From the NCBI RefSeq assembly GCF_026626745.1, contig NZ_JAPNJW010000002.1, positions 1,254,151 through 1,318,150 on the forward strand: DNA of 64,000 nt, in the 5' to 3' direction. The notes beneath the pieces are model-generated. The model was given only the letters and a program-made list of their open reading frames with translations. It did not search any database and had not been told where the DNA came from. Each line of letters opens with the position of its first letter. The stretch's first letter is position 1. A program made the position numbers and the translations under genes. Origin of the DNA: Nannocystis sp. RBIL2 (GTDB lineage Bacteria > Myxococcota_A > Polyangia > Nannocystales > Nannocystaceae). Shown piece by piece: positions 47,470 to 59,678 of the stretch.

Positions 47470-47572
47470 GGGGGCCGGACGGTACCCGATCTCGCGGCCG
47501 CTGGCCCGAAATGCGCGCGCCGGCGCGGCCCGCTCGCGGCAGGCCGGCCGGCGCCGGCAGGGAGCGCGGGGC

Positions 47573-49480
47573 TCAGCGGTCCGAGGCGGCCTCGTCCTCC
47601 TGCTGGTCGCGCAGCTGGGCCAGCAGGCGGTCGCCGCGGGTCGTGATCTCCTCGTAGAGGGCGTTGCAGCGCGGTTCGGCGCGCTCGAGCCAGCGCTCGA
47701 GGATGCTGCGGCGCTCCGGGTGCTTGCGCGACTGCTCGAGGAGGATCTCGACGATCGCGGTGTCAGCCATCAGGCGCGTCAGCCGCTCGGCGTGCAGCAT
47801 CGCGTAGGAGAAGTCGCGCTTGGGGTCCCAGTTCTGGAAGAACTCCTTGGACCACTCGGTGATCTTGTGCTTGCCGAGGCCGCGCAGCTTGTCGGCGGCG
47901 GTGCGCTGGATCAGGTGCTGCTGGGCGGCGAGCGTCAGCGAGGTGAGGCGAGCGACGCGGCGCTCGAGCGCGTCGAGGGCCGAAAGGCTGCGCCAGCGGG
48001 CCTGCGCCACCCGGGTGAGGAAGCGCTGCGGGTTGCGCATGATGCCGCTCATCGCGTCCTTCATCGCCATGAGCGACTGGATCTGGCTGGTGCCCTCGTA
48101 GATCGGCAGGACCATGGCGTCGCGCAGCAGCTTCTCGGCCCCGTACTCGCGGACGTAGCCGGCGCCGCCGAGGATCTGGATGCACTTGCGCGACATCTCG
48201 ACGGCCTTCTCGCTGGCGATGTACTTGAGCAGCGGGGTGAGCCGGCGGGCCCGGTTGCCGTGGCGCTTGGCCTGCTTGAGCACGCGCGCCCGCTCGATGC
48301 TGTCGGGGTCGGTGTCGAGCACGCCCTGCATCTTGGTCCGCTGGTGCAGCTCCTCGTGGTAGGCGCACTGCATGGCGAGCGCGCGCAGGCCGAGGATCTC
48401 GGTCTGCATCTCGTCGAGGAAGTCGGCGATCATCTCGTGGCGATCGATCGACTTGCCCATGCTGCGGCGCTCGGCGGCGTAGGCCTTGGCCTTGCGGTAG
48501 GCGGCCTCGCAGGCGCCGATCGACTCGAAGCCGACGCCGACGCGGGCGTTGTTCATCAGCAGCAGCATGAGCTGGAAGCCCTCGCCGCGCTTGCCGATCA
48601 GGCGGCCCGGGGCGCGCTCGAAGCTGACCGCGGCGGTGGCCGAGCCGTGGTGGCCGAGCTTCTCCTCGAGGCGGTCGATCACGGCGATCCGGCGCCGCGA
48701 GCCGTCGGGCATGTCCTCGTAGGCCGGGACGTGGAACAGCGACAGGCCGCCGAGGCCGGGCTTGTCGGGCTCGGTGCGGGCGATGACGATGTGGTGCTTG
48801 CCGTGGCCGGAGGTCAAGAAGATCTTCTGGCCGGTGATGTACCAGTTGCCCTCTTCGTCCTGCTCGGCGCGGGCCTTGAGCGCGGCCATGTCGCTGCCGG
48901 CGTCGGGCTCGGTGATGTCCATGCTGCCCCACGCCTCGCCGCGCAGGATCTCGGCGATCTCGGGCTGGAAGCGCGTGCCAGTGATGACCCGCTGCTCGCG
49001 GTCGAAGGTGGTGGAGCCCTCGTGCACCGAGTACAGCAGGAGCATCAGGGCGATGCCGCTGTAGAAGTTGTAGTGCGTCATGACGACGTTGTCGGCCCGC
49101 GCCATCAGCTCGCACACCATGAAGTGGACGACCGCGGGGCAGCCGATACCGCCGAGCTCACGCGGCAGGGCCAGACCGTGGAGGTCGAGGCCCTTGATCT
49201 GCTCGAACAGGGCGTCGGTCTCGGGCGCGAGGTGGCCCTCGCCGTCCTTCAGGTGGACGCCCTTCGCGTCGATGGCCATCGACTTCGGCGCAATCTGCTC
49301 GGCGGCGAACTCACCGACCATGCCGAGGATGTCGCGGTAGGCGGCCCGCGCCTCGTCCAGCGAGGCATAACCGCCGGGGATGCGGAAGTCCTGCTCGACG
49401 AGCCCGACGATCGGCGCCCAGTCGAGGCCGCGATCCATGTAGAACTGGAGGTCTTCGTTGTCGTCGAAGTAGTTGGCCAC
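47573..49480 (-). CDS. acyl-CoA dehydrogenase family protein (long form)
   Basis: 635 aa; ACAD middle and C-terminal domains (YEGTSQIQ catalytic-region motif); GTG start. Confidence 0.8.
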   Translation of the reverse strand: MANYFDDNEDLQFYMDRGLDWAPIVGLVEQDFRIPGGYASLDEARAAYRDILGMVGEFAAEQIAPKSMAIDAKGVHLKDGEGHLAPETDALFEQIKGLDLHGLALPRELGGIGCPAVVHFMVCELMARADNVVMTHYNFYSGIALMLLLYSVHEGSTTFDREQRVITGTRFQPEIAEILRGEAWGSMDITEPDAGSDMAALKARAEQDEEGNWYITGQKIFLTSGHGKHHIVIARTEPDKPGLGGLSLFHVPAYEDMPDGSRRRIAVIDRLEEKLGHHGSATAAVSFERAPGRLIGKRGEGFQLMLLLMNNARVGVGFESIGACEAAYRKAKAYAAERRSMGKSIDRHEMIADFLDEMQTEILGLRALAMQCAYHEELHQRTKMQGVLDTDPDSIERARVLKQAKRHGNRARRLTPLLKYIASEKAVEMSRKCIQILGGAGYVREYGAEKLLRDAMVLPIYEGTSQIQSLMAMKDAMSGIMRNPQRFLTRVAQARWRSLSALDALERRVARLTSLTLAAQQHLIQRTAADKLRGLGKHKITEWSKEFFQNWDPKRDFSYAMLHAERLTRLMADTAIVEILLEQSRKHPERRSILERWLERAEPRCNALYEEITTRGDRLLAQLRDQQEDEAASDR

Positions 49481-49646
49481 GAGACGACACTAGCCGAGGC
49501 CGATATGCTGAGCAAGCTCAGGAAAAGTCCGTGCAGGCAGCGGGCTGGAGGCAGTTTGAGCCGTTCGAGGGCCTGCGCGAGCGGCGCTAGGCGGTCGAAT
49601 GTCCGCACCGCGGAGTGCCGCATGGTGGCGTGATAAAAGGAGGACC

Positions 49647-50375
49647 GTGAGCCGAGGCAAGGGGATGCGGAGCCGTGAGCACGAGTCGTTCCGCCGCGAG
49701 GCGACGTTCCACGCGGCGGCTCACGCGCTGACGGAGACCGTGCTCGAGGCAGACCGCGAGGCGACCGCCCGCCGCGAAGAGGTGGCGCCAGGGGTGCATG
49801 TGCTCCACGGGGTGATGTCGCCGAAGGAGTGCAAGCGATTGATCGCGGCGGCGGAGGCGATCGGCTTCACTCACGCGGGCCTGGCGATCGGCGACGACAC
49901 GTACCGGGTCAACCTGGCGGCCCGCAACAACCTGCGGGTGGTGTTCGACGCGCCGGAGCTGGCCGAGGGGCTGTGGCAGCGGATCCGCGGGATCGCCGAT
50001 CCACAGCACGAGGGCGCGCCGCTGCGCGGGCTCAACTTCCGCTTCCGCGTGTACCGCTACGAGGTCGGGATGCGCTTCTCGCCTCACGTCGACGTCCGCA
50101 CTGCGGTGCCGCTCGGCGAGACGCGCGAGTCGCTGGTCATCTTTCTCAACGCCGAGTTCGAGGGCGGCGCGACCCGCTTTTTCGAGGAGAAAGACAAGTC
50201 GCAGCGCCGCGGCCAGGGTCGCGGGCGCAAGTTCGACAACAAGGTGAGGTTCGCGCTGAAGCCCCCCGTCGGCGGCGCGGTGGTGTTCGACCACCTGCTG
50301 CTCCACGAGGGCGCAGAGGTGACGGCGGGCGTGAAGTATGCGGTGCGCACCGACGTGATCTACGGGCCGCGCTGA
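49647..50375 (+). CDS. 2OG-Fe(II) oxygenase superfamily protein (prolyl-4-hydroxylase-like)
   Basis: GTG 49647 with AAGGAGG 4 nt upstream; HxD...H triad (SPHVDVRT ... LLLHEGAEV). Confidence 0.7.
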   Translation: MSRGKGMRSREHESFRREATFHAAAHALTETVLEADREATARREEVAPGVHVLHGVMSPKECKRLIAAAEAIGFTHAGLAIGDDTYRVNLAARNNLRVVFDAPELAEGLWQRIRGIADPQHEGAPLRGLNFRFRVYRYEVGMRFSPHVDVRTAVPLGETRESLVIFLNAEFEGGATRFFEEKDKSQRRGQGRGRKFDNKVRFALKPPVGGAVVFDHLLLHEGAEVTAGVKYAVRTDVIYGPR

Positions 50376-50400
50376 CTGGCGCGGAGGTGGCGAGGAAGAT

Positions 50401-50510
50401 CGCCTGTCTTTGAGGACAGGCGATTCCGCAACGCCGGTCGAACAGTGACCTGTCCCCGGGGACATCCACGCCGATCGAGATCGTGGATGTCCGCAAGGAC
50501 AGGTGCCCGC
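50401..50510. repeat. composite inverted-repeat structure between convergent genes: hairpin cgcctgtc-tttgag-gacaggcg plus about 60-bp nested palindrome acctgtccccggggacatccacgccgatcgagatcgtggatgtccgcaaggacaggt
   Basis: read directly; built from the same TGTCC/GGACA half-sites as the repeat family. Confidence 0.75.
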
Positions 50511-51959
50511 TCAGGGCGTGTAGCTCGGCAGTTCGACCACGTAGGCGTCGACGGTCTCGCCGCCGCCCCAGTCGCTGCCGAACAGGATCCGCGTGCCGCT
50601 CGGGCTCGGGACGGCGGTCGGCGCGGCCCAGTACGGCTCGCCGAGGTTGGTGTTGTTCTGCCCCCAGCTGCGATGCCGGCCCACGCGGCACACCTGGCCG
50701 GTGTTGGTGTCGGCCAGCAGCAGCTCTTGGTCGAGGAGCCCCTGCCCGGAGGGATCGCCGATGGTCGACACGACGACCCAGCCGGGCCGGTGAATCGCCA
50801 GCGCCGAGATGTGGCCCGCCGGCGGATACGGATAGCCCGTCTTCGGGCCGATGATCACTCGCGAGGTCGCGTCGGTGAGGTCCCAGGTCACGAGGGCGCC
50901 GATGTCGTCGTTGCCGCCGGGGCCCGGGTCGTAGACGAAGCCGTTCCAGGTGTCGTGGCCGTTCGCCAGCATGCCGAGCGAGGCGTGACCCCAAGGCTCG
51001 AGCAGATCGAGGGTGTGCAGCACGTCGAGCGCAGGATCGACGACCCGGCCGGTGTCGCTCAAATACGCCAGCGAGCCGCTGGGCCCGATCTGGGCCGGGT
51101 TCTCGTCGAGCGTGACCTGCCCGAGCACCGCGTCGGTGGCGACGTCGTAGACGAACACCTGATCGTCGCAGACGAGGCCGAAGCGGTTCGAATCCCACGA
51201 CGAGAACATCGGGTCGCTGCCGCCGCTGACCGGACCGCCGCAGAAGTCGAAAGTGTGCACGGGCTCCTCGACCTCGGTGTCGACGTCGAAGCGCACCAGC
51301 GTCTTGCCGTGCATGAACATCACGATGCTCGGGTCGGCTCCGTGCCAGTAGAACTGCTCGAGGTCCGGCGGATCGATCGGCAGTTTTTTCAGAAATTCGT
51401 AGGTCTTGCCGTCGTAGAGCAGGTGGCCCTCCGTCACGTCGTAGAGGATGAGGCGCGTCTCGTCCGTGTTCCACGCGGCGATCGTGCTGTAGGCGGGCTT
51501 GATCACCGGATTTGCGCCCATCGCAGTGACGCCGCTGATCCGCCGGATCGTGGTGCCGAACTCCGCGTCGACCACGGTCGCGCCCACCTCGGGCTTGGCG
51601 AGCGGGGTCATCGGCCGGTCCATCAGATCCTGCACCAGCCCGGCGCACAGGTCGGGCGGGTCGACCGGTTCGCCGGTGGTGTCGCCCTCGGTCGTCGTCG
51701 CCGCAGTCGGGTCGCTGGTGGCCTCGGTCGTCGTCCCCGGTCCGGCGGTCGTCGGCGTGGGATCGTCGGTGCCGACAGACGAGCTCGCTGTCGTCGAGGT
51801 GGTCGTGAGGCCGCTGTCGTCGGTGGTCGAGGCTGTCGTCGAGGTGGTGGTCGTCTGCGGCCCGTCGGTCGTCGAGCCGGCGTCGTCGTTGCTGCCGCCG
51901 CCGCCGCAACCGCAGGCGACGAGGAACGCGAAGGTCCATCGATGCGAAGCGAATGTCAT
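50511..51959 (-). CDS. secreted lipoprotein with Thr-rich linker (hypothetical)
   Basis: signal peptide with lipobox FLVACGC, TTTTSTTASTTDD low-complexity linker, globular C-domain. Confidence 0.65.
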   Translation of the reverse strand: MTFASHRWTFAFLVACGCGGGGSNDDAGSTTDGPQTTTTSTTASTTDDSGLTTTSTTASSSVGTDDPTPTTAGPGTTTEATSDPTAATTTEGDTTGEPVDPPDLCAGLVQDLMDRPMTPLAKPEVGATVVDAEFGTTIRRISGVTAMGANPVIKPAYSTIAAWNTDETRLILYDVTEGHLLYDGKTYEFLKKLPIDPPDLEQFYWHGADPSIVMFMHGKTLVRFDVDTEVEEPVHTFDFCGGPVSGGSDPMFSSWDSNRFGLVCDDQVFVYDVATDAVLGQVTLDENPAQIGPSGSLAYLSDTGRVVDPALDVLHTLDLLEPWGHASLGMLANGHDTWNGFVYDPGPGGNDDIGALVTWDLTDATSRVIIGPKTGYPYPPAGHISALAIHRPGWVVVSTIGDPSGQGLLDQELLLADTNTGQVCRVGRHRSWGQNNTNLGEPYWAAPTAVPSPSGTRILFGSDWGGGETVDAYVVELPSYTP

Positions 51960-52281
51960 GGGTCGACGCTAACACGCCGATCGGCCGCGGGAGCACAGGC
52001 GAATGCGCGCCCTGCGGCCCGTAGTCGCCGTTCTGCAGCGGTTTACGGGGTCCGCGAGCCTCACGTCGCGGGCGATCAGGCGCAGTCGAACATGGCTTGA
52101 AGGACAGATGCTGAGAATCGCAGCGCGCGGGTCATCGATGGCAGAGCAATGTCTCGATAGACATGTCGTAATGGCCAGCCGTGAGCGGGCGCGCTCGCTC
52201 GCGGCGGCACGGCCCTCCCGGGAGGCGCGTCCGCGTCTGCGCTGGTTGCCGAGGTCGCCCTGCCGCGTGTACGATCGCGCG

Positions 52282-52842
52282 ATGACCTTGTCCCGCTCCT
52301 TAACAGTCTCCGCCGCGCGGTGGTCCGCGGCCCTGTTGTTCCTGCTCGCCCCGGCCGCGAGCCGCACCGCCCGCGCCGACGCAGTGTCCGAGCCGCCGAG
52401 CTGCCCCGACGGCTCGAGCCCCGACGGCTGTCACGGGGGCGAGTACTGCGAGCCCAACGAGTGCACCGACACCTGTCCTTCGGGCAAGGTGTGCAAAGAA
52501 GTCGAGCGCTGCGCGGGCACGATCACGTGCGGCGGCGGGTGGACCAGCACCGGCGGCGACTTCTCGGTCGACAACATCCTCGGAGACTGCGGCGAAGGGG
52601 GTGCGTGCGCTGCGGGGATGTGCAAGTCGTTCAAGCTGTGCGTGTCGGACACGACCGGCTCGACGTCGACGAGCGACGGCTCCGGCACCTCTCAGGGCTC
52701 CGAGTCCGACGGCGCGAGCGACGGCACGCCGCCGAAGAAAGAGGGCTGCGAAGGGTGCCGGACGAGCGACGACGCCGCGCCGGCGCTGCTGGCCCTGGGC
52801 GTCCTCGGCCTGGCGATCGGCCGGCGCTCGCGACGACGCTGA
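52282..52842 (+). CDS. Cys-rich secreted protein with MYXO-CTERM sorting signal
   Basis: ATG 52282 (MTLSRSLTVSAARWSAALLFLLAPAASRTARA signal peptide); 20+ cysteines; C-terminal GCEGCRTSDDAAPALLALGVLGLAIGRRSRRR matches MYXO-CTERM (Cys-containing segment, TM helix, Arg cluster). Confidence 0.7.
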   Translation: MTLSRSLTVSAARWSAALLFLLAPAASRTARADAVSEPPSCPDGSSPDGCHGGEYCEPNECTDTCPSGKVCKEVERCAGTITCGGGWTSTGGDFSVDNILGDCGEGGACAAGMCKSFKLCVSDTTGSTSTSDGSGTSQGSESDGASDGTPPKKEGCEGCRTSDDAAPALLALGVLGLAIGRRSRRR

Positions 52843-53195
52843 CGGCGGCACGACGCGAGCCGGCGAACGCTCCTCGGGTCCGACCCGAAACGCAGGGGCA
52901 GACCGGCGCGTGGTGCCGTTGCGGCGCTCGGTCGGCGAAGACCGGGCGCCCGGCGCTCTGCGTGCACCCTGCCCTGCGCGCCCAGGCTCCGCGCGGCGGG
53001 TTCGGCCGCAGAGCGCCGATCGATGCGTGCGCCCTGCCCTGCGCGCCCGGAGTCCGCGCCATGCGTGGGCCTCGCGCTGCCATCGACCACCGACTGACCT
53101 GTCCCTTACGCCAGGTACCGCCCTCGGCGCGAAATCGAGCATCACTGCTCGCATCGACAAGTGCGGGGCCATTTGCGACTCTGCATGCTGCCGAC

Positions 53196-54248
53196 ATGCC
53201 GATCGAACAGCAGCTCGTCCCCACCTCGCGTCTCCGCGTCCACACCCGCATCGCCGGTCCGGCAGGGGCCCCGCTCGTCGTCCTCGTCCACGGCAACGCC
53301 TCGAGCGGCGGGTTCTTCGAGCCGCTGATGCTGGCGCTCTCCGATCGCTTCCGCGTGATCGCGCCCGACATGCGCGGCTTCGGCGACACCGAGCCGGCGC
53401 CGATCGACGCGACCCGTGGCGTGCGCGACTTCGCCGACGATCTGCACGCGCTGCTGGTCGCGCTCGACCTGTCCTCGCGGCCAGCCGTGTTCGTCGGCTG
53501 GTCGGCGGGCGGCGGCGTGATCATGCAGTACGCGATCGACCACGCCAGCAATGTCGCCGGGCTGGTGCTCGAGAACCCGATGTCGCCGTACGGCTTCGGC
53601 GGCACCCGCGACGCCCGCGGCACCGCGACGACCGCCGACTTCGCCGGCTCGGGCGGCGGCACTGCCAACCCCGAGTTCGCGCGCCTGATCAAGGCCGGCG
53701 ACCGCAGCGGCGACAACCAGGTGTCGCCGCGCAACGTGATGAACACTTTCTACTTCAAGCCGCCGTTCCGGGTCGAGCCGGCCCTCGAGGACGTGTTCGT
53801 CGAGGCGGTGGTGAAGACCAAGATCGGCGACGACCACTACCCCGGCGACATGACTGCCTCGTCGAACTGGCCGGGAGTCGCGCCCGGCACGCGCGGGATG
53901 AACAACGCGATCTCGCCGAAGTACGTCGACCTGTCGCCGTTCGCCGGCATCGAGCCGCGGCCGCCGGTGCTGTGGATCCGCGGGGCCGACGACCAGATCG
54001 TCAGCGACACGTCGGTGTTCGACTTCGGGTTCCTCGGCAAGCTGGGCGCGGTGCCGGGCTGGCCGGGCGACGAGGTCGCGCCGCCGCAGCCGATGGTCGG
54101 GCAGATGCGCGCGGTCCTCGACGTCTACGCCGGCAACGGCGGACGCTACGAGGAGGTGGTGTTCTCCGACTGCGGACACTCCCCGCACATCGAGCAGCAC
54201 GAGCGCTTTCTTGCGGCGCTGCGAAATTTGGCCGAGTCGGTGTTTTAG
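53196..54248 (+). CDS. alpha/beta hydrolase
   Basis: ORF 52320..54248 trimmed to ATG 53196; VVLVHGNASSGGFFEPL and GWSAGGG nucleophile elbow. Confidence 0.7.
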   Translation: MPIEQQLVPTSRLRVHTRIAGPAGAPLVVLVHGNASSGGFFEPLMLALSDRFRVIAPDMRGFGDTEPAPIDATRGVRDFADDLHALLVALDLSSRPAVFVGWSAGGGVIMQYAIDHASNVAGLVLENPMSPYGFGGTRDARGTATTADFAGSGGGTANPEFARLIKAGDRSGDNQVSPRNVMNTFYFKPPFRVEPALEDVFVEAVVKTKIGDDHYPGDMTASSNWPGVAPGTRGMNNAISPKYVDLSPFAGIEPRPPVLWIRGADDQIVSDTSVFDFGFLGKLGAVPGWPGDEVAPPQPMVGQMRAVLDVYAGNGGRYEEVVFSDCGHSPHIEQHERFLAALRNLAESVF

Positions 54249-54308
54249 CCGCAACAGCGGGCTTCTGTGCACTTTTGCGCCGGCGATGAATGGGCTAAAT
54301 TGCTGCAC

Positions 54309-55817
54309 ATGCGAACAAGCCGTCCCTGGGCCGTCCTCACCCTCCTCCTCGCCTGCACGCCGCAAGGTGGCGGCGACACCGACGCGACGACCGCGGCGGT
54401 GACCGACTCCACGCCGGGCACCGATTCGACCGACTCGAGCGACGCGACCAGCACTGCGACGACGGGGCCGACGTCGACCGGCGACGAGCCGCCGACGGGG
54501 ACGACGACCGAGCCGTCGGCGACCACCTCGACGACGGAGGACCCGACCGCGCCGACGAGCACGACCACCGAGACCGGCGGCGATCTACTGCATGGGCTCG
54601 TCCTCGAGGACACGTTCGAGGACGGGATCTTGAACGGCTGGGTCCGCGTCGAGCGGTGGTTCGACCCCGATCCGTTCTTCATTCAGGAGGATCGGTTCGA
54701 CCTCGATCAGCGGGCCCACCAGACCGGGCAGCGGCTCGAGTTCTTCGGCAACGACCCGGTGCCGCACAGCGGGCGCTTCTTGCTGTACTACGCGCCCGGC
54801 TGGAACAACGGCGCCAAGTCGACGGTGCTGCTGGCGCACGGCGCCAACGACCAGGCCGACCGCGCGTGGGCCAACCCCGGCGAGAGCGGCGACTTCGGCT
54901 GCGGTCAGTCGACCTGCCCCGACATCGGCCTGATGCAGGAGCTGGCGGCGGCGGGCCACCGCGTGTTCGCGGTGTCGCACGCGCACAGCCAGGGCGACAA
55001 CGTGTTCTGGGCCCTGCAGATCGCGTGGGCCATCGACATCATCCGCGAGCGCACCGGGGTCGACAAGGTCGACGTGATCGGGTGGAGCAAGGGCGTGATG
55101 TCGTCGCGCATGTACGCGTCGGGCCTCACCGGCGGTCACCTCGAGTACCGCAACGACATCGGCAAGCTGATCCTGATCGGCGGGCCGAACCTCGGCTTCG
55201 ACTACATCTTCCGCTACGGCACGGCCCACAACGCCGGCGTCTACGCCGACTTCGGCGGCAAGATCCACGCGCCCGGGCCGCACGACGAGCTGCTGATCTT
55301 CGGCCTGTGGGAGGACCGCTCGGAGTACGCGATCTACAAGTCGGCCGCCGGCGACAACTATCGCGGGCAGCTGCAGATGCTCGCGGCGTGGGACGACGTC
55401 TATCCGCTGACCGGCACGGCCAACAACGGGCTGATGCAGTGGATCGTCGGCGACAGCGAGTCGACCTACTACGGCGAGGGCCAGTACAAGGGCGTGTACG
55501 CCCGCGGCAAGGGCATCGACTACGCGATCCAGCAGGGCTCGGTGATCGCCGACATGATCGACGCCGGCATCCCGGCCTCGATCTCGACCCACCTGCTGTG
55601 CGGCGACCTGAACCTGGGCGACAACAGCGTGCTGATCCCGGGGATCCCCAACGAGATCGCCGGGCCGAGCGACGGCGTGGTGTTCGTCGACAGCTGCGCG
55701 GCGACCGACGGGATCGGGACGCTCACCGACTCAGCTGTCCTGAAGGACATCAACCACCTCAAGCTGGGCTGGCACCCGACGGCGGCCGCCCAGATCTCGA
55801 CGTGGCTCGGACAGTGA
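54309..55817 (+). CDS. lipoprotein, putative secreted lipase/esterase (alpha/beta hydrolase fold)
   Basis: MRTSRPWAVLTLLLACT lipobox, T/S/D-rich linker, VIGWSKG GxSxG motif. Confidence 0.65.
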   Translation: MRTSRPWAVLTLLLACTPQGGGDTDATTAAVTDSTPGTDSTDSSDATSTATTGPTSTGDEPPTGTTTEPSATTSTTEDPTAPTSTTTETGGDLLHGLVLEDTFEDGILNGWVRVERWFDPDPFFIQEDRFDLDQRAHQTGQRLEFFGNDPVPHSGRFLLYYAPGWNNGAKSTVLLAHGANDQADRAWANPGESGDFGCGQSTCPDIGLMQELAAAGHRVFAVSHAHSQGDNVFWALQIAWAIDIIRERTGVDKVDVIGWSKGVMSSRMYASGLTGGHLEYRNDIGKLILIGGPNLGFDYIFRYGTAHNAGVYADFGGKIHAPGPHDELLIFGLWEDRSEYAIYKSAAGDNYRGQLQMLAAWDDVYPLTGTANNGLMQWIVGDSESTYYGEGQYKGVYARGKGIDYAIQQGSVIADMIDAGIPASISTHLLCGDLNLGDNSVLIPGIPNEIAGPSDGVVFVDSCAATDGIGTLTDSAVLKDINHLKLGWHPTAAAQISTWLGQ

Positions 55818-55838
55818 GGCGAAGGCCCGCCCGGGGCC

Positions 55839-56990
55839 TCACCCGGGCGGCAGCGGCTCGCTGTGCTCGGCGAGCCAGCCGGCGATCTTCGGCCAGATGA
55901 CCCTGGGGCCCTTGCTCGAGGTCGACAGGCCGATGTGCCCGACCGGGAACCGCAGCAGGGTCTTGTCGGTCGAGCTCACCGCGCCGAGCAGCGCCTCCGA
56001 CGAGGGCGGCGGGGCGATGGTGTCGTTGTCGGCGACGAGGACGAGCAGCGGGCCGTGGATCTGGCGCAGGTCGACGCGCCGGCCGCCGACGATCATGCGG
56101 CCCTCGAAGAAGTTGTTCTCCTGGTAGCAATCGCGGACGTACTGCCGGTACACCTCGCCGGGGAACGGCACGTTGTCGGCGGCCCAGTGCTCCATGGCGA
56201 GGAAGTTGGTGACGAAGTCGCGGTCGTCGAGGCGGCGAAACACCTCGAACCACTTCGAGATCCGCTGCACCGGGGCCATCATCGAGAAGCCCGACTCCAT
56301 CAGGTCGATCGGGACGTTGCCGTAGGCGTCGACCATGCTGTCGACGTCGAAGAACTCGGGGTCGGTCCAGGTGGTGAAGATGCCGCCGTGCTTGAAATCG
56401 ACCGGGGTGGCCTGGGCGACGAAGTTGCGCACGCCATTTGGGTGGAGCGCGGCGGCGGCCAGGGCCATCGTGCCGCCCATGCAGTAGCCGTACATCGTCA
56501 GGTCGTCGGCGCCGGACAGCTTGAAGACCCACCGCTTGGCGGCCTCGACGAAGCCGCCGAGCAGGTCGTCCCAGGTCATGTCCTGCTCGACCGCGCCGGG
56601 CGTGCCCCAGTCGATGGCGTAGACGTCGAAGCCCTGCTGGGTCATGAACTCGATCAGGCTGCGACCCGGCAGGAAGTCGAGGATGTAGTAGCGGTTGATC
56701 AGCGAGTAGACGAACAGGATCGGGGTGCGGAAGCGACGCACGGCCGGCTCGAAGCGGATCAGCTTCATGCCGCCGCGCGCGTACACGACCCGCTTCGGGG
56801 TCGAGTTGACCGGCGGATCGCCGAGCCCGGTGGCGCGCTTGACCAGCGGCGCCAGGTAACGCGTCGGGCTGATCGCGCGGTCGCGCAGCGCTCGCTGCCA
56901 GGCGGCGCCGATCGTGGCTGTCCCTTCGGCCATGTCCGCGAGCTTGCGCGCGGCGCCCTTGACCCGCGAGAACGGTCCGCCGTCGCCCAT
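55839..56990 (-). CDS. phaC: poly(3-hydroxyalkanoate) synthase, class III/IV-type PhaC
   Basis: GYCMGG lipase-box with catalytic Cys, about 383 aa from ATG 56990; upstream R-rich extension of ORF rejected. Confidence 0.75.
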   Translation of the reverse strand: MGDGGPFSRVKGAARKLADMAEGTATIGAAWQRALRDRAISPTRYLAPLVKRATGLGDPPVNSTPKRVVYARGGMKLIRFEPAVRRFRTPILFVYSLINRYYILDFLPGRSLIEFMTQQGFDVYAIDWGTPGAVEQDMTWDDLLGGFVEAAKRWVFKLSGADDLTMYGYCMGGTMALAAAALHPNGVRNFVAQATPVDFKHGGIFTTWTDPEFFDVDSMVDAYGNVPIDLMESGFSMMAPVQRISKWFEVFRRLDDRDFVTNFLAMEHWAADNVPFPGEVYRQYVRDCYQENNFFEGRMIVGGRRVDLRQIHGPLLVLVADNDTIAPPPSSEALLGAVSSTDKTLLRFPVGHIGLSTSSKGPRVIWPKIAGWLAEHSEPLPPG

Positions 56991-56992
56991 CG

Positions 56993-57391
56993 TCACGCGG
57001 CCCCCCGGACCGAGCGGGCCAGCTCGGCCTGCAGCTTCTCCAGCAGCTGGAGCGCGAGCTCGAGCTGGGTGGTGGTGATCTCGAGCCGGTCCTCGGCCCG
57101 CCGCAGCTGCGCCCGCACCTCGTTGAAGTCGCCGAGGGTCGGCACGCGCCAGAAGTGCAGGACCTCCTCGGTGAGGTCGACGACGTCGCGGTGGAGGTGG
57201 AACATCTTCTGCAACCCGCGGCCCGCGAACTTGAGGTAGCGCGGGCTCGTGGCCAGGCGCGTCATGACGCCGGTCGAGGCGCCCTCGAAGCGCATCCACC
57301 ACTTGCCCGGGCCGCTCCTGGGGTCGGTGAGGTAGCCGACGAGCCGGAGGATCCGGGCGGTGAGGTTCTTGGGGGCTGTCTCTTGGGACAT
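56993..57391 (-). CDS. small coiled-coil protein, candidate PHA synthase partner subunit (PhaE/PhaR-class-IV-like) or phasin
   Basis: ATG 57391 embedded in a palindromic repeat element; 132 aa; C-terminal heptad-like EDRLEITTTQLELALQLLEKLQAELA; 2 nt before phaC. Confidence 0.45.
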   Translation of the reverse strand: MSQETAPKNLTARILRLVGYLTDPRSGPGKWWMRFEGASTGVMTRLATSPRYLKFAGRGLQKMFHLHRDVVDLTEEVLHFWRVPTLGDFNEVRAQLRRAEDRLEITTTQLELALQLLEKLQAELARSVRGAA

Positions 57392-57404
57392 GGCGAATAG
57401 AGTC

Positions 57405-58928
<1,524 letters not shown>

Positions 58929-59066
58929 GCGAAGATCCTCCGCTCCCGAGGCTACCCGAAGGCCCGGCCGTGCTGCACCTGCGAAACGGCCTGCCGGGGT
59001 CTGCCGGCCGAGGATAGGCCGACGCGGCGGGAGATCAAGGCGTGAATTGTGCAGCGCACAAACGGC

Positions 59067-59678
59067 TCAGGAGGCGGGCCGCCTGCCCTTGCGGGGGGGC
59101 CGGCCGTCCTCGACGGTGCGCCGCAGCTCGGCGAGCTCGCGCCGCAACGCGGCCAGCTCGTCGGACATGCCGCCAGGCTCGGGCGGAGGCGGCTCGTCGG
59201 GGAACGGCGGCGGCGCCGGCTCGCCGGCCGCGGGCCCGCTCCCGCCGAACCATCGCTTGAGGATCCCCGGCATCGCCAGGTCGGCCAGCGGGTTCCACGG
59301 GACGACGGCGCGCGCGCCCCCCTTGAGCTGCAGGTAGACCTCGAGGGCCCAGGCGATGTAGCGGCCGAAGAACTCGGCGAGCGCGTCGTCCCGCATGCGC
59401 ACGAGCTGCTTGAGCAGGGACACCGGGAGCAGGCGCGCGGCCCCACGGCTCTCGAGGATGATCTGCGCGAGCGTGACCTGGGTGAGGTCCTGCCCGCTCT
59501 TGGCGTCGACGACCTTGAGGTCCTCGCCCATGCGCACGCGCTCGGCGATCTCCTCGAGGGTGACGTACCTGCTCCCCTCGGTGTCGTAGAGCCGACGGTT
59601 GCCGTACTTCTTGACCTGCAACACGGCGAGAACGGTAGCCGAGGTCGTGCTGCAGGTGCGAGGGGCGATTTCGCGCAA
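59067..59678 (-). CDS. phaR: polyhydroxyalkanoate synthesis repressor PhaR
   Basis: VKKYGNRRLYDTEGSRYVTLEEI matches PhaR N-terminal DNA-binding signature; start uncertain (TTG 59678 or GTG 59624). Confidence 0.7.
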   Translation of the reverse strand: MREIAPRTCSTTSATVLAVLQVKKYGNRRLYDTEGSRYVTLEEIAERVRMGEDLKVVDAKSGQDLTQVTLAQIILESRGAARLLPVSLLKQLVRMRDDALAEFFGRYIAWALEVYLQLKGGARAVVPWNPLADLAMPGILKRWFGGSGPAAGEPAPPPFPDEPPPPEPGGMSDELAALRRELAELRRTVEDGRPPRKGRRPAS

